Source: Candidatus Pristimantibacillus lignocellulolyticus
GTDB lineage: Bacteria > Bacillota > Bacilli > Paenibacillales > Paenibacillaceae
Length of the DNA: 64,000 nt
Assembly: GCA_023639215.1 (NCBI GenBank)
Contig: CP097899.1
Span: 4,136,933-4,200,932, forward strand
Direction: 5' to 3'
A model generated the notes under the pieces. The model was not told where the DNA came from and did not search any database. It saw only the letters and a list, made by a program, of their open reading frames with translations. The translations under genes were made by a program, and so were the position numbers. Of this stretch, positions 27,988 to 37,787 are shown piece after piece; the first letter of the stretch is position 1, and every line of letters starts with the position of its first letter.

Positions 27988-30243
27988 TTATTTCAAGTAG
28001 CTGCCTGTAATTGACTGCTTCACATGGATGATCTGCCCAGGTGTGCCTTCGAACACTACTTTGCCGCCTTTACTACCTCCGTCTGGACCCATATCGATGA
28101 TCCAATCCGCTTGACTGATCACATCGAGATTGTGCTCTATGACGATCACTGTATTACCTGCATCCACAAGTCGATTCATGATTTCCAAAAGGTGACCAAT
28201 ATCTGACATATGAAGGCCGGTTGTCGGTTCGTCCATCACATAGATGCTGCCCTGCTTATGAAGCTCGCTTGCCAGTTTGATACGCTGACATTCCCCGCCT
28301 GAAAGTGTACTCAGCGGTTGGCCGAGTGTAATATAGTTCAGTCCAACATCACTCATTGCTTGGAGTTTGCGAACTACTTCTTTCAACTGGAAAAATTCCA
28401 ATGCTTGTTCTACAGTCATCTCCAGCACTTCTGCAATCGATTTCCCGTTAAGCTTGTATTCAAGTACTTCTTCTTTGAAACGTTTACCACCACATACTTC
28501 ACATGGTAACTTAACGCTTTCTAGAAATGCTAGGTCAGTATAGACAACTCCAAGTCCTTGGCAATTCTCGCAAGCCCCTTTGGAGTTGAAGCTGAATAAA
28601 CCTTGGTTCACTTTATTCGCGGAAGCAAATGCTTTACGTACATCATCCATAATGCCTGTATAAGTAGCAGGATTCGAACGTGTTGACACTCCGATTGCTG
28701 ATTGGTCGATAACGATTGCATCTTCATGCTGTCTTAGGAATACATCGTTAATTAGCGTACTCTTGCCTGATCCAGCTACACCGGTAACAACTGTTAGTAT
28801 TCCAGTTGGAATATCAACGCTCACATTTTGTAAGTTATGAAGTGTAGCGTCTATGATAGACATCTTGCCTGATGGTTGCCTGCAATCATCTTTCAGTTCT
28901 AGTGGTCGTTTCATATGAGTACCAGTCAACGTACTTGTTTCTAGTAAGCCTTCGTAGCATCCTTCATACATGATCGTACCTCCACGGCTACCAGCGTGAG
29001 GACCAACATCGACAATATGATCCGCTACTTTAATAACATCGGGATCATGCTCGACAACTATTACGGTATTACCTTTGTCGCGCAACTTCTGAAGTAATGC
29101 ATTTAACCGGTTTACATCACGAGGATGTAGGCCAACGCTAGGCTCATCGAAAATATAAGTAACATCCACGAGACTGCCACTCAAGTGTTTCACCATCTTG
29201 ACGCGCTGTGATTCTCCTCCAGACAATGTATCAGTCTCACGGTCCAGTGTTAAGTAGTCAAGTCCGATATCTACCAGATGTTGCAGGCGCTCTGTTAGTG
29301 ACTTGATGACAGGAGCTGCGGTCGCATCATCAATCTCACGAAGGACTTGATTTAGTTTTCCGACCTCCATCGAGGACATATCCGCAATGTTAAGTCCATT
29401 GATTCTACAGCTAAGTGCTGCTTGACTGAGTCTCGCACCATGGCAACTCGAACATGCACCCTCGGTAATGTACGGTGCAACAGCTTTTTGTGTACGCTCG
29501 GACTTCGTCTTCACGTCTTGTTTAATGTATTTATTACTAAACTTCTCAATGACGCCCTCGACTGTAATATTTGTTGCTTTACCAGCGAAATCCATCTTTA
29601 CTTTCCGCGCCTTACCGTATAGTAATAGATCTAATTCTTCTTCTGAATAATCACATAACTTCTTATCAGGATCAAAGGAGCCTGATTGTAGGACAATGTT
29701 CCAATCCCAGCCATCCACTGTATAGTCGGGAAGCATTAATGCCCCTTCATTCAACGATTTTGACATATCGACTGCTTTTTTTATGTCTACGCCGAGCTTG
29801 CGTCCGATCCCGTTACATTCAAGGCACATTCCTTGCGGATCGTTAAATGAAAACATGTGAGCCTGACCAACATAAGGCTTACCTACTCTTGAGAAGAGAA
29901 GTCGTAGAATGGGAGAAATATCGGTAATCGTGCCCATTGTAGAATGGGAACCTCCGCCAAGTCGCTTCTGATCTACGATTACTGCCATACTTAGATTTTC
30001 AATCGCGTCAGCATCCGGCTGTGGATAGCGCGGTAGGAAATTACGCACGAACATGCTGAAATTCTCATTCAGCAAACGCGTGGATTCTGCAGCAATTGTA
30101 TCGAAAACAATCGAAGACTTTCCGGATCCGGATACCCCTGTGAAAATTGTGATTTTCCGCTTAGGAATACGTAAAGATACGTTCTTCAAGTTGTTTTCTC
30201 TTGCAGCAGAGATTACGATATACTCCTGATTTGATTCGCTCAT
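27988..30243 (-). CDS. class II UvrA-like ABC ATPase (DrrC-like, lacks UvrB-binding insertion)
   Basis: Two Walker A motifs (GVSGSGKS, GVAGSGKS), two LSGGE signatures, CxxC zinc pairs, about 750 aa versus about 950 aa for UvrA1; start set at ATG 30243. Confidence 0.88.
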   Translation of the reverse strand: MSESNQEYIVISAARENNLKNVSLRIPKRKITIFTGVSGSGKSSIVFDTIAAESTRLLNENFSMFVRNFLPRYPQPDADAIENLSMAVIVDQKRLGGGSHSTMGTITDISPILRLLFSRVGKPYVGQAHMFSFNDPQGMCLECNGIGRKLGVDIKKAVDMSKSLNEGALMLPDYTVDGWDWNIVLQSGSFDPDKKLCDYSEEELDLLLYGKARKVKMDFAGKATNITVEGVIEKFSNKYIKQDVKTKSERTQKAVAPYITEGACSSCHGARLSQAALSCRINGLNIADMSSMEVGKLNQVLREIDDATAAPVIKSLTERLQHLVDIGLDYLTLDRETDTLSGGESQRVKMVKHLSGSLVDVTYIFDEPSVGLHPRDVNRLNALLQKLRDKGNTVIVVEHDPDVIKVADHIVDVGPHAGSRGGTIMYEGCYEGLLETSTLTGTHMKRPLELKDDCRQPSGKMSIIDATLHNLQNVSVDIPTGILTVVTGVAGSGKSTLINDVFLRQHEDAIVIDQSAIGVSTRSNPATYTGIMDDVRKAFASANKVNQGLFSFNSKGACENCQGLGVVYTDLAFLESVKLPCEVCGGKRFKEEVLEYKLNGKSIAEVLEMTVEQALEFFQLKEVVRKLQAMSDVGLNYITLGQPLSTLSGGECQRIKLASELHKQGSIYVMDEPTTGLHMSDIGHLLEIMNRLVDAGNTVIVIEHNLDVISQADWIIDMGPDGGSKGGKVVFEGTPGQIIHVKQSITGSYLK

Positions 30244-30301
30244 GACTAACATCCTTCCGATAGTGAATAGTATTTCTTAAAGTAAATACCGGATTCGGTT
30301 A

Positions 30302-30697
30302 TTAATCCAAAGCCTTCTCAAGCTGGCCGCACCATGCACTCCAACCATACTTAGCTCCTTCGAGTCCTTGAGGATTTGAGAATCCTGTTTGATCAAGATG
30401 AAGATTAACTTTTCCATCCGCTAGAACCTGCAGAGTCCATGTTACTGTGTGTTGCTCACCTGCACTTGCCCATGTATAGGACAATAGGTTTGGTTCGTCA
30501 ACGATAAGTACCTCACCTTCAATAAGGCCATCCCACCATTCGTTAGGCTCAGCTTGAAAATGAAAACGGTGTCCTACTAGCGGCTTAAAGTCATTCGCCA
30601 AAATCCACTTAGCCAACTTAACAGGATCTGTTAAAGCAGACCAAACCTTCTCAATCGATGCCGTGTACTGAAAATCTAATTCTAATTTTAAACTCAT
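30302..30697 (-). CDS. SRPBCC/AHSA1 domain protein
   Basis: IEKVWSALTD...LAKW...NDFKP.VG; ATGA overlap with the ArsR stop gives start 30697. Confidence 0.85.
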   Translation of the reverse strand: MSLKLELDFQYTASIEKVWSALTDPVKLAKWILANDFKPLVGHRFHFQAEPNEWWDGLIEGEVLIVDEPNLLSYTWASAGEQHTVTWTLQVLADGKVNLHLDQTGFSNPQGLEGAKYGWSAWCGQLEKALD

Positions 30698-31023
30698 ATT
30701 TCTTCCTCCTCTAATAATTGCTTCAAACGTAACATATTCGTATTCCAAAACTTACTGTAGAAAGCCACCCAATCTTGAATTTCTCTCAGTGGAGCGGCAT
30801 TTAACCTAAATCGCGTTTCTCTACCTACTTTTCGGTCAATTACCAGTCCAGCCTCTTTAAGGATCGTCAAATGCTTCGAAACTGCAGTCCGACCCATCTC
30901 AAACTGTGCCGTTAACTCATGAAGTGGTATCTCTTCTGACTCTGCTAATAGTTGAATTAGTCGTCGCCTAGTTGGATCGGCAATCGCGTCAAACACATCC
31001 CGTAATTGGTTGTTCTCGCTCAC
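30694..31023 (-). CDS. ArsR/SmtB family regulator
   Basis: DVFDAIADPTRRRLI...AVSKHL.ILKEAGLV..RKVGRE. Confidence 0.92.
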   Translation of the reverse strand: MSENNQLRDVFDAIADPTRRRLIQLLAESEEIPLHELTAQFEMGRTAVSKHLTILKEAGLVIDRKVGRETRFRLNAAPLREIQDWVAFYSKFWNTNMLRLKQLLEEEEI

Positions 31024-31131
31024 AACACCCGCTCCTAAATTGTATTACCAAGGGACTGTCGTTAATTTCAAAAACTCCTTGTTGTATACAGTGCTTCAGA
31101 CGAAGTGCCAAAAGGAGAGAATAAATAATAA

Positions 31132-31183
31132 GACACCATTTAGTGTCCTTTTCATTATAGGTCACCATTTGGTGTCATGTCAA
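31132..31183 (-). promoter_or_regulatory. sigma-A promoter of arsR-SRPBCC-uvrA2 with two palindromic operators
   Basis: TTGACA-N18-TATAAT (31154-31183); GTCACCATTTGGTGTC (31161-31176) in the spacer and GACACCATTTAGTGTC (31132-31147) downstream. Confidence 0.7.
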
Positions 31184-32126
31184 TATTATTATGTTTTGCT
31201 TCCTCTCCATCTGTAAGTATAACCGTAAAAGTCGTACCTTCATTAGGGACACTCGAAACAGATATTTTCCATTGATGTAAGTCTATAATTTTTTGAACAA
31301 TAGACAATCCTAGCCCACTACCTTTTTTCTCAGGACTACGCGAGCGGTCACTTTTATAAAATCTTTCAAAGATCCTTATTTGCTCTTCTTCGGTCATCCC
31401 AATTCCGTTATCCTTAATGTTAACAACTGGCCCTCGTTGTGTAGTTGTTAATTCAATTTGAATTTGTCCATGGTTTGGGGCGAATTTAATTGCGTTATCA
31501 AGTAAGTTGATCCACACTTGATTTAACAATTCTTCATTGGCGGAGCATTGGACCTCTTGTAGTTTTACGGATAACTCAATATCTTTACGACTCCAATGGT
31601 ATTCCATCGTTAGACTAACTTCTTTTATTTGCTGATCTAAACGAAATCTCTCCTTATTCAAATCCGAATTAATCTCTTCTAACCACGACAGCTTTTGCAT
31701 ATTTGTACTTAAGTTAGAAAGCCGATTACTTTCTTTTTCGTTAATGTCGAGATAATGATTTCTCTCAGCACTCGTAAGCGCAGGATTCCTCAATATATGA
31801 GAAAAGCCTTTAACATTGTTCTCCTCAAGATGAGCACGATCATATTCACCACTGCTAATTTGTTTCATACTGTTAACAATTTGCTGTAAGTAAAGATCTC
31901 GTTTAGGGCGAAGTATAATAAACAGCGTACTCATGACCATCATAGTTTTAAAAAAACCTAGTAGTCCGTTTATCGTTGCTGTTAACATTGCTGAAGGATT
32001 AAAGTCCCATAGTTCGAAAAGAAATGATGTTAGGACATATGGCAGATAGCCAACGAGATATAGTTCAAGACACCAAAGAGAGTTACACCTAAAGCTATCG
32101 ATGATGAAAAGCCAATTCCCCACCAA
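31155..32126 (-). pseudogene. HssS-like sensor histidine kinase remnant lacking the H-box
   Basis: TM and partial HAMP (MKQISSGEY) run directly into VKGFSHIL...; the SHE/SPLTSI phospho-His segment is absent while the HATPase (NLLDNAIKF, DNGIGM, GSGLGLSI) is intact. Confidence 0.65.
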
Positions 32127-32527
32127 GGACTAATAAATGATATTGGTAACGACAACAGCAATAATAAACCTAGCACTAAATTATTAATCCTCTCTGCGCT
32201 CCATTTACTACCGATGATCTCTGTCTCAATATCTCCTTGCCATTGTGCCATCCCACCTTTAAAGTTATACACCTTAGCATGGGACTCAGCTAGTCGCTCT
32301 GACGCCCTTGGACTTACCGTACCAACATAACAGATAATGACAACCGCTTCTTCTCTCGAAACCCTCGGTATTTTCGACCATAATGGATAAGGAATATTAA
32401 TGGCTCCCTTTATATGACCACGATCAAAGCTTTTCGCTGTTCTAACATCAATAATCTTTACATTTTCTCTTTTACTTAACATTGATTGTAGTTCCTGATA
32501 TGTTAAATCTGTAAACATAGTACCCAT
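32030..32527 (-). CDS. rhodanese domain protein with C-terminal membrane segment (YgaP-like)
   Basis: IIDVRT...F..GHIKGAINIP, active-site CYVGTVS, GGMAQW; two hydrophobic C-terminal helices. Confidence 0.78.
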   Translation of the reverse strand: MGTMFTDLTYQELQSMLSKRENVKIIDVRTAKSFDRGHIKGAINIPYPLWSKIPRVSREEAVVIICYVGTVSPRASERLAESHAKVYNFKGGMAQWQGDIETEIIGSKWSAERINNLVLGLLLLLSLPISFISPWWGIGFSSSIALGVTLFGVLNYISLAICHMS

Positions 32528-32700
32528 AATGCAGCCTCCTCATAATATACAAAGTATAAGAAAACAGCCTTTAATAAATATCATAAAGGCTTATCTTTTA
32601 ACACTGTTTATGTTAGAGCATCTATTTAAACTCAGTTTAAACAATGTTGAATTTGTAACTTACAATACTCAAACACATTAACTCTTGTTTTTCATGATCG

Positions 32701-32728
32701 AAAAAAGGGAGCCCTCGGGGCTCCCTTT
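32701..32728 (-). terminator. terminator of the NAD salvage operon
   Basis: aaagggagccc / gggctcccttt with A6 (U-tract on the minus strand). Confidence 0.75.
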
Positions 32729-33545
32729 ACTTCCACCATGTATCGAATATCGTTACAGGTAGTTCTCTTTTGTGTTGAGTTATCGAGTAACGCTCACGAA
32801 TTTGTTGATCGTTCGTTCCAGAAATCTGCGGGTTAGTAAGGAATTGATCTATTGAGTCATAGCTTATTCCGAGCTCATCTTCATCTAATTGTTGTTGCTT
32901 TACGTCTAACAAATCTGCTGTAGCGGGCTTTTCATGAAGAATTTTTTCTGCACCTAATGATTGCAATAGCATTCTTACCTGAGATTTGACTAAGCCGCTC
33001 AAAGGGAGGATATCTGCACCACCATCGCCGAATTTCGTGTAAAAGCCTGTAACAGCCTCAGCAGCATGATCTGAGCCAATGACTAGCATATTGTTCTCCC
33101 CTGCGATAGCGTATTGTGCGATCATTCTAGCGCGAGCCTTAATATTGCCTTTATGAAAGTCTGAAATAGCGGTACCCATACTTTGCCCATACGTTTGTGT
33201 AAGTGCATTTACCCCTGAAGCAATATTAAACGTTACGTTTTCCGTTGGCTTGATAAAGGCAAGTGCTCTTTGCGCGTCTTCTTCATCTTTTTGCTCACCG
33301 TAAGGTAGACGAACTGCAATGAATTTTTTGTTGTATCCATGCTCGTTCATTTGATCTACTGCAAGCTGTGCGAGTTTTCCAGCAAGTGTTGAATCTGCCC
33401 CTCCGCTAATGCCTAGAACGAATCCGTTAGTGTTAGTTTTCACACTGTACTCTACCAGGAAATTTACTCGCTTATGAATTTCAGTTTGAATATCTATAGT
33501 TGGTCTCACATTCAGTTCGGCAACAATTTCCTCTTTAGTTTTCAT
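32727..33545 (-). CDS. nadE: NH3-dependent NAD+ synthetase
   Basis: VLGISGGADS P-loop, GNIKARARM, DHAAEAVTGFYTKFGDG, KPATADL. Confidence 0.93.
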   Translation of the reverse strand: MKTKEEIVAELNVRPTIDIQTEIHKRVNFLVEYSVKTNTNGFVLGISGGADSTLAGKLAQLAVDQMNEHGYNKKFIAVRLPYGEQKDEEDAQRALAFIKPTENVTFNIASGVNALTQTYGQSMGTAISDFHKGNIKARARMIAQYAIAGENNMLVIGSDHAAEAVTGFYTKFGDGGADILPLSGLVKSQVRMLLQSLGAEKILHEKPATADLLDVKQQQLDEDELGISYDSIDQFLTNPQISGTNDQQIRERYSITQHKRELPVTIFDTWWK

Positions 33546-33574
33546 ATCTTCACTCCCCTATCTACAAACTCTAA

Positions 33575-34186
33575 TTATCTATACAAATGGTGTTTTTTCA
33601 TGTAGGTGTACACATTTTCAGGAATAAGATAACGCGCTTCGCCGCCTAACCTAAATTCCTCGCGAACATACGTTGAGCTAATTTCCATAGTTAGTCCCTT
33701 ATCAACAAGATGAAAAGTTTGACCATCATCTACATGACGCAATATTGGGGAGCGACCAATGACGGAAAGCATATCGATATTATTTCTCGCCATCACAATA
33801 AATTTGTTTTCCTTCACTAGATCCTCTGCTTTTTGCCATTTGCCTTGCCCTATATCAACGAGTAAATCTGCTCCCATAATGAAATATATCTCATCCTCAG
33901 CGTATTTCTTTTTGAAGTGACGAAGGGTTTGGTAGGTTGCGATTTCCCAACCTAATTGTTGGAATTCATAATCATCAACTTCAAATTTATCATTATCAGC
34001 TATTGCAAGTTGTAACATTGCAACACGATGCTCATCTGTTGTTTGCATTTGCTTATCCTGTCGTTTGCTGGAACAAGGTAAGAATATGACCTTATCTAAT
34101 TTACAACGATGTGCAATTGTACTTGCTGTCCATAAGTGGACATTGGTAACTGGATCAAAGGAAGAGCCATAGATTCCAATCTTCAT
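33575..34186 (-). CDS. nadD: nicotinate-nucleotide adenylyltransferase
   Basis: GIYGSSFDPVTNVH (T/HxxH), MGADLL, EISSTYVR; start at ATG 34186. Confidence 0.88.
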   Translation of the reverse strand: MKIGIYGSSFDPVTNVHLWTASTIAHRCKLDKVIFLPCSSKRQDKQMQTTDEHRVAMLQLAIADNDKFEVDDYEFQQLGWEIATYQTLRHFKKKYAEDEIYFIMGADLLVDIGQGKWQKAEDLVKENKFIVMARNNIDMLSVIGRSPILRHVDDGQTFHLVDKGLTMEISSTYVREEFRLGGEARYLIPENVYTYMKKHHLYR

Positions 34187-34187
34187 C

Positions 34188-35642
34188 TTATCTCTCCTCA
34201 CGTGTTGGATATAATGCTCTTTCTATGAGTTGTCGCTTGTTGTCCCAGCAAGCATCACTTAATGTAACTGGATAGATAGGCGGATTGAGTAAGCGACGAT
34301 ATTCCTCCCAGAAAAGGGCTAAACTCTCCTTTGCATATTTTCTATTATTGTCTAGAGTAGGAAGATCATACACTAATTCACCATTTACCATCACTTCTAT
34401 CTGTAATTGAATGACTTCAAAACTTTTGATCGTTTTCATCATATGGCTATGCAGTGGATGAACTAATCGAATCGCATTCTTCGGTAAAACTTCATTGTGC
34501 AACGTGATATAATCTCCTTCTGCTATGCCGGTTTCCTTATTAATAATTCGCCACATTTGCTTATTACCAGGATTAGAAATCTTGTCAGGATTACTACTTA
34601 TTTTAATTGTATCGACCATTTGTCCATCGTCTTCAATCTGCACAAGCTTATAAACTGCTCCAAGTGCAGGTTGTGTATAGGCTGTAATGAGCTTTGTACC
34701 AATTCCCCACACATCAATGCAAGCACCTTCACGCTTAAGAGATAAAATTGTCTCTTCATCCAGATCGTTAGACGCATAAATCTTAGTCTGCTTAAATCCT
34801 GCTTCATCAAGCATTTTACGTGCTTCTTTAGACAAATAAGCCAAGTCACCACTATCTAAGCGAATACCTACAAAATTGATGCTTTCCTTCATCTCATTGG
34901 CTACTTTAATCGCAGTAGGTACTCCTGATTTGAGAGTATCGTAGGTATCTACTAGGAAAACGCAATCTCGATGCGTCTTGGCATATTTCTTAAATGCAAC
35001 ATATTCATCACGATACACTTGAACCATAGAATGAGCATGAGTTCCGGCAATCGGAATACCAAAAAGCTTACCTGCTCTTACATTAGAAGTTGCATCAAAA
35101 CCTGCAAGGTAAGCTGCACGAGTTCCCCATATCGCTGCATCCATTTCTTGCGCACGACGTGTCCCAAATTCCATTGCAGTCTGATTGCCGATAATATTTT
35201 TCAAGCGACTAGCCTTCGTCGCGATTAATGTTTGATAATTTACAATATTAAGAATGGCTGTTTCGATCAATTGAGCCTCCACTAATGATGCCTCAATAAC
35301 CATTAACGGTTCATTCGCGAATACTACTTCACCTTCACGTACACTTCTCAGCTTTCCAGTAAAGCGAATCGTTGCCAGAAACGTAAGGAAATCATCTTGA
35401 TAACCTTCTTCACGCAAGTATTGAATATCCGTTTGGCTAAATTTGAACTCCTGTAAATAGTGAACTACCCGTTCTAAACCTGCAAAAACTGCATAGCCAT
35501 TGTCGAATGGGAGCTTGCGGAAATACACTTCAAAAATAGCTTGTTTTTGATGTTCATTCTCTCTCCAGTACACCTCAGCCATATTAATTTGGTATCGATC
35601 AGTGTGAAGTGTTAAACTATCGTCTTGTATGTTGTAGTTCAT
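34188..35642 (-). CDS. pncB: nicotinate phosphoribosyltransferase
   Basis: LHTDRYQINM, EFGTRRAQ, GTHAHS, GIRLDSGDL motifs. Confidence 0.93.
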   Translation of the reverse strand: MNYNIQDDSLTLHTDRYQINMAEVYWRENEHQKQAIFEVYFRKLPFDNGYAVFAGLERVVHYLQEFKFSQTDIQYLREEGYQDDFLTFLATIRFTGKLRSVREGEVVFANEPLMVIEASLVEAQLIETAILNIVNYQTLIATKASRLKNIIGNQTAMEFGTRRAQEMDAAIWGTRAAYLAGFDATSNVRAGKLFGIPIAGTHAHSMVQVYRDEYVAFKKYAKTHRDCVFLVDTYDTLKSGVPTAIKVANEMKESINFVGIRLDSGDLAYLSKEARKMLDEAGFKQTKIYASNDLDEETILSLKREGACIDVWGIGTKLITAYTQPALGAVYKLVQIEDDGQMVDTIKISSNPDKISNPGNKQMWRIINKETGIAEGDYITLHNEVLPKNAIRLVHPLHSHMMKTIKSFEVIQLQIEVMVNGELVYDLPTLDNNRKYAKESLALFWEEYRRLLNPPIYPVTLSDACWDNKRQLIERALYPTREER

Positions 35643-35672
35643 TTCATTTCCTCCTTTTTTGAATAACTTATA

Positions 35673-36221
35673 TTAACTTATCGTTGCACCTAATGTATGC
35701 TCGAAATGCGCTAACGCCCATTCATGACCCGCTTGATTAAAAGAAGCTACGGCATCCTTCACGATAACAATACGATAACCTAGATTGTACAGATCTACAG
35801 CCGTATGCAGAACACAAATATCGGTACATACGCCAACTAGGTAAACCTCCTCAATTTCTCTGGCACGAAGCATCATATCGAGACTTGTTCCTGCAAAGGC
35901 ACTGTAACGAGTTTTATCTAGCCAATGAACATTGGATTGGTTTTGATGTGTATCATATACCTCCTGTAATTGTCCATAGAGTAGTCTTCCATTAGTATTC
36001 CGTAAATTATGTGGAGGAAACAATTTCGTTTCAGGGTGGTATGCATCTCCGTCATCGTGTACGTCGATAGCAAATATAATATGTTCACCGTTATCAATAA
36101 ATGTCTTGGTTGTAGCTACAACCGCAGTTTCAATGCTCTGACCTGCTTTTCCACAAGTTAATGCCCCATTTGTAGCAATAAAATCATTCGTGTAATCAAT
36201 ATTCAATAACGCTCTTTTCAT
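35673..36221 (-). CDS. pncA: nicotinamidase (isochorismatase/cysteine hydrolase family)
   Basis: IDYTNDF, HPETKLFPPHN, KTRYSAF, GVCTDICV; operon context. Confidence 0.88.
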   Translation of the reverse strand: MKRALLNIDYTNDFIATNGALTCGKAGQSIETAVVATTKTFIDNGEHIIFAIDVHDDGDAYHPETKLFPPHNLRNTNGRLLYGQLQEVYDTHQNQSNVHWLDKTRYSAFAGTSLDMMLRAREIEEVYLVGVCTDICVLHTAVDLYNLGYRIVIVKDAVASFNQAGHEWALAHFEHTLGATIS

Positions 36222-36294
36222 AGTAAACGCCTCCCATTAATATCATTAAGCTCTCATTTGAGTTTGAAATCATTTTAATAATACATTTATTAAT

Positions 36295-36323
36295 TAATAA
36301 TTACCAAATTGTTAATTATTATA
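36295..36323 (-). promoter_or_regulatory. candidate NrtR operator beside the TATAAT -10 of the pncA operon
   Basis: 27-bp near-perfect palindrome TAATAATTACCAAATTGTTAATTATTA; core differs by 1 nt from the site at 37156. Confidence 0.6.
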
Positions 36324-36345
36324 TCTAAAAAGAAGAACCACTTGA

Positions 36346-37128
36346 TTAGCTCATGTGGTATATCGAGTAATTAATGGATACTTCCTTAAAGCGGTACAAT
36401 TGAGTTTTTCTTTTAGAAGTACGCGTAACCGTCTTTCCCTCTATTGCTTCAATAAACGGAAGTTGCTTCATCTTACGAATAAAGGATGGATTAGACATAA
36501 TAACTGGATCATCTGTAACTGTCGCTAGCACAGCTTGTAATTCAGAATACGTAAATTCCTCTGGTAGGAACTCTTTAGCCGTTGTCGTTTGTAACAGCTT
36601 CTCTGTAATAACAGCAATAGAATCTTGAATAATTTGTTTGTGGTCAAAAGCTAAATCCAATGTTAGAACTTCCTTAACTGAAAACATACGAACATCGGAA
36701 GCATCATCCCCTGCTTTACGTTCAGCAAGCTTGTGAAAGGGTACGATTGCGAGAAAGGTGTTACTAATAATCCAACCACGCGGATCACGTCCTGGCTTAT
36801 CATAGACACCGAAATGCTCAATATGCAGATCTTTTACACCAGTTTCCTCTTCCAGTTCTCGAAGTGCAGCCTTATAGCCCGTTTCTGATTCTTCGATAAA
36901 TCCTCCTGCAATTGCCCATTTACCTGCTTCGATATTAGGTTTACCTTCGGAGTTATGCATACTACGCTGAATGAGCATCATTTGCAAATCCATGACGGGT
37001 GGAGAGAATGGCTTCTGCTCAATTGGAACGATTGTAAATACCGTAATATCTGCTGTATATCCATCAGGAGTGCGATAATCTTTCACATTGTATTGCTCGA
37101 GTGCGTCTTTATTTTGCGGGCTGCTCAT
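36346..37128 (-). CDS. nrtR: NrtR family regulator (Nudix domain + winged HTH)
   Basis: Nudix box GGF.EESETGYKAALRELEEETGV, PGRDPRGW, LAFDH; C-terminal wHTH; start at ATG 37128 behind AGGAGG (ORF track gives 37218). Confidence 0.85.
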   Translation of the reverse strand: MSSPQNKDALEQYNVKDYRTPDGYTADITVFTIVPIEQKPFSPPVMDLQMMLIQRSMHNSEGKPNIEAGKWAIAGGFIEESETGYKAALRELEEETGVKDLHIEHFGVYDKPGRDPRGWIISNTFLAIVPFHKLAERKAGDDASDVRMFSVKEVLTLDLAFDHKQIIQDSIAVITEKLLQTTTAKEFLPEEFTYSELQAVLATVTDDPVIMSNPSFIRKMKQLPFIEAIEGKTVTRTSKRKTQLYRFKEVSINYSIYHMS

Positions 37129-37155
37129 CTCTACCCTCCTTGTTATTCTATTTAC

Positions 37156-37218
37156 AATTAACAAATTGTTAATTAAAGTTCTTGGATTAATTAAACTACT
37201 CTTTTCAACGTTTGTCAA
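37156..37218 (-). promoter_or_regulatory. sigma-A promoter of nrtR with downstream perfect palindromic operator
   Basis: TTGACA-N17-TTTAAT (37190-37218); perfect 19-bp palindrome AATTAACAAATTGTTAATT at 37156-37174. Confidence 0.65.
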
Positions 37219-37266
37219 TCCTTATTTTACTAAATGGTCAAGGGACCAAACTAACCAGCCCATTTC

Positions 37267-37737
37267 TTAATTCATTTTTCTATAATTTTTAGCTAAAATA
37301 CGATAATACAAATAGACAATGCCATAAGCGATTAAATAAGAGACAAAGGTCCAGTAAATGTTCCAGCCATTACTATATGATGTCTTTCCTATTAGTAATG
37401 CAACATATTCAAGGATTGTCGTGAACAGAATTGTAACAAATAATATGACAAGATGGTTGGTTTGGGAGATTCTTATCCAGTGAACCATATAACAAGCGAT
37501 TACCGGATATAATCCCAAATCCAAGGGTAAGGCTGAGATGGATTCCTCACCGTGGATTAAAGGAGTAAATGACCAAAATTTTAATTGGAATCCAAAAGTA
37601 TTACTTAATATTGCGACTAAACTTGCAATCGGCAATGTAATAATTATAACGATCGAAGCTTTTCTCATTAAATATATGGCCAATATCCAAGGAACAACGA
37701 ATCCAATAACGATATTTCCGAACAAAGCAAAACACAT
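37267..37737 (-). CDS. membrane protein (CBO0543-like)
   Basis: Hydrophobic ORF with LPLDLGLYP and Y..GWNIYWTFVSY motifs. Confidence 0.65.
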   Translation of the reverse strand: MCFALFGNIVIGFVVPWILAIYLMRKASIVIIITLPIASLVAILSNTFGFQLKFWSFTPLIHGEESISALPLDLGLYPVIACYMVHWIRISQTNHLVILFVTILFTTILEYVALLIGKTSYSNGWNIYWTFVSYLIAYGIVYLYYRILAKNYRKMN

Positions 37738-37787
37738 CCTTTCATCAATATGATTATCTGAAAGGATGTATATTATGAGTTCATCAC

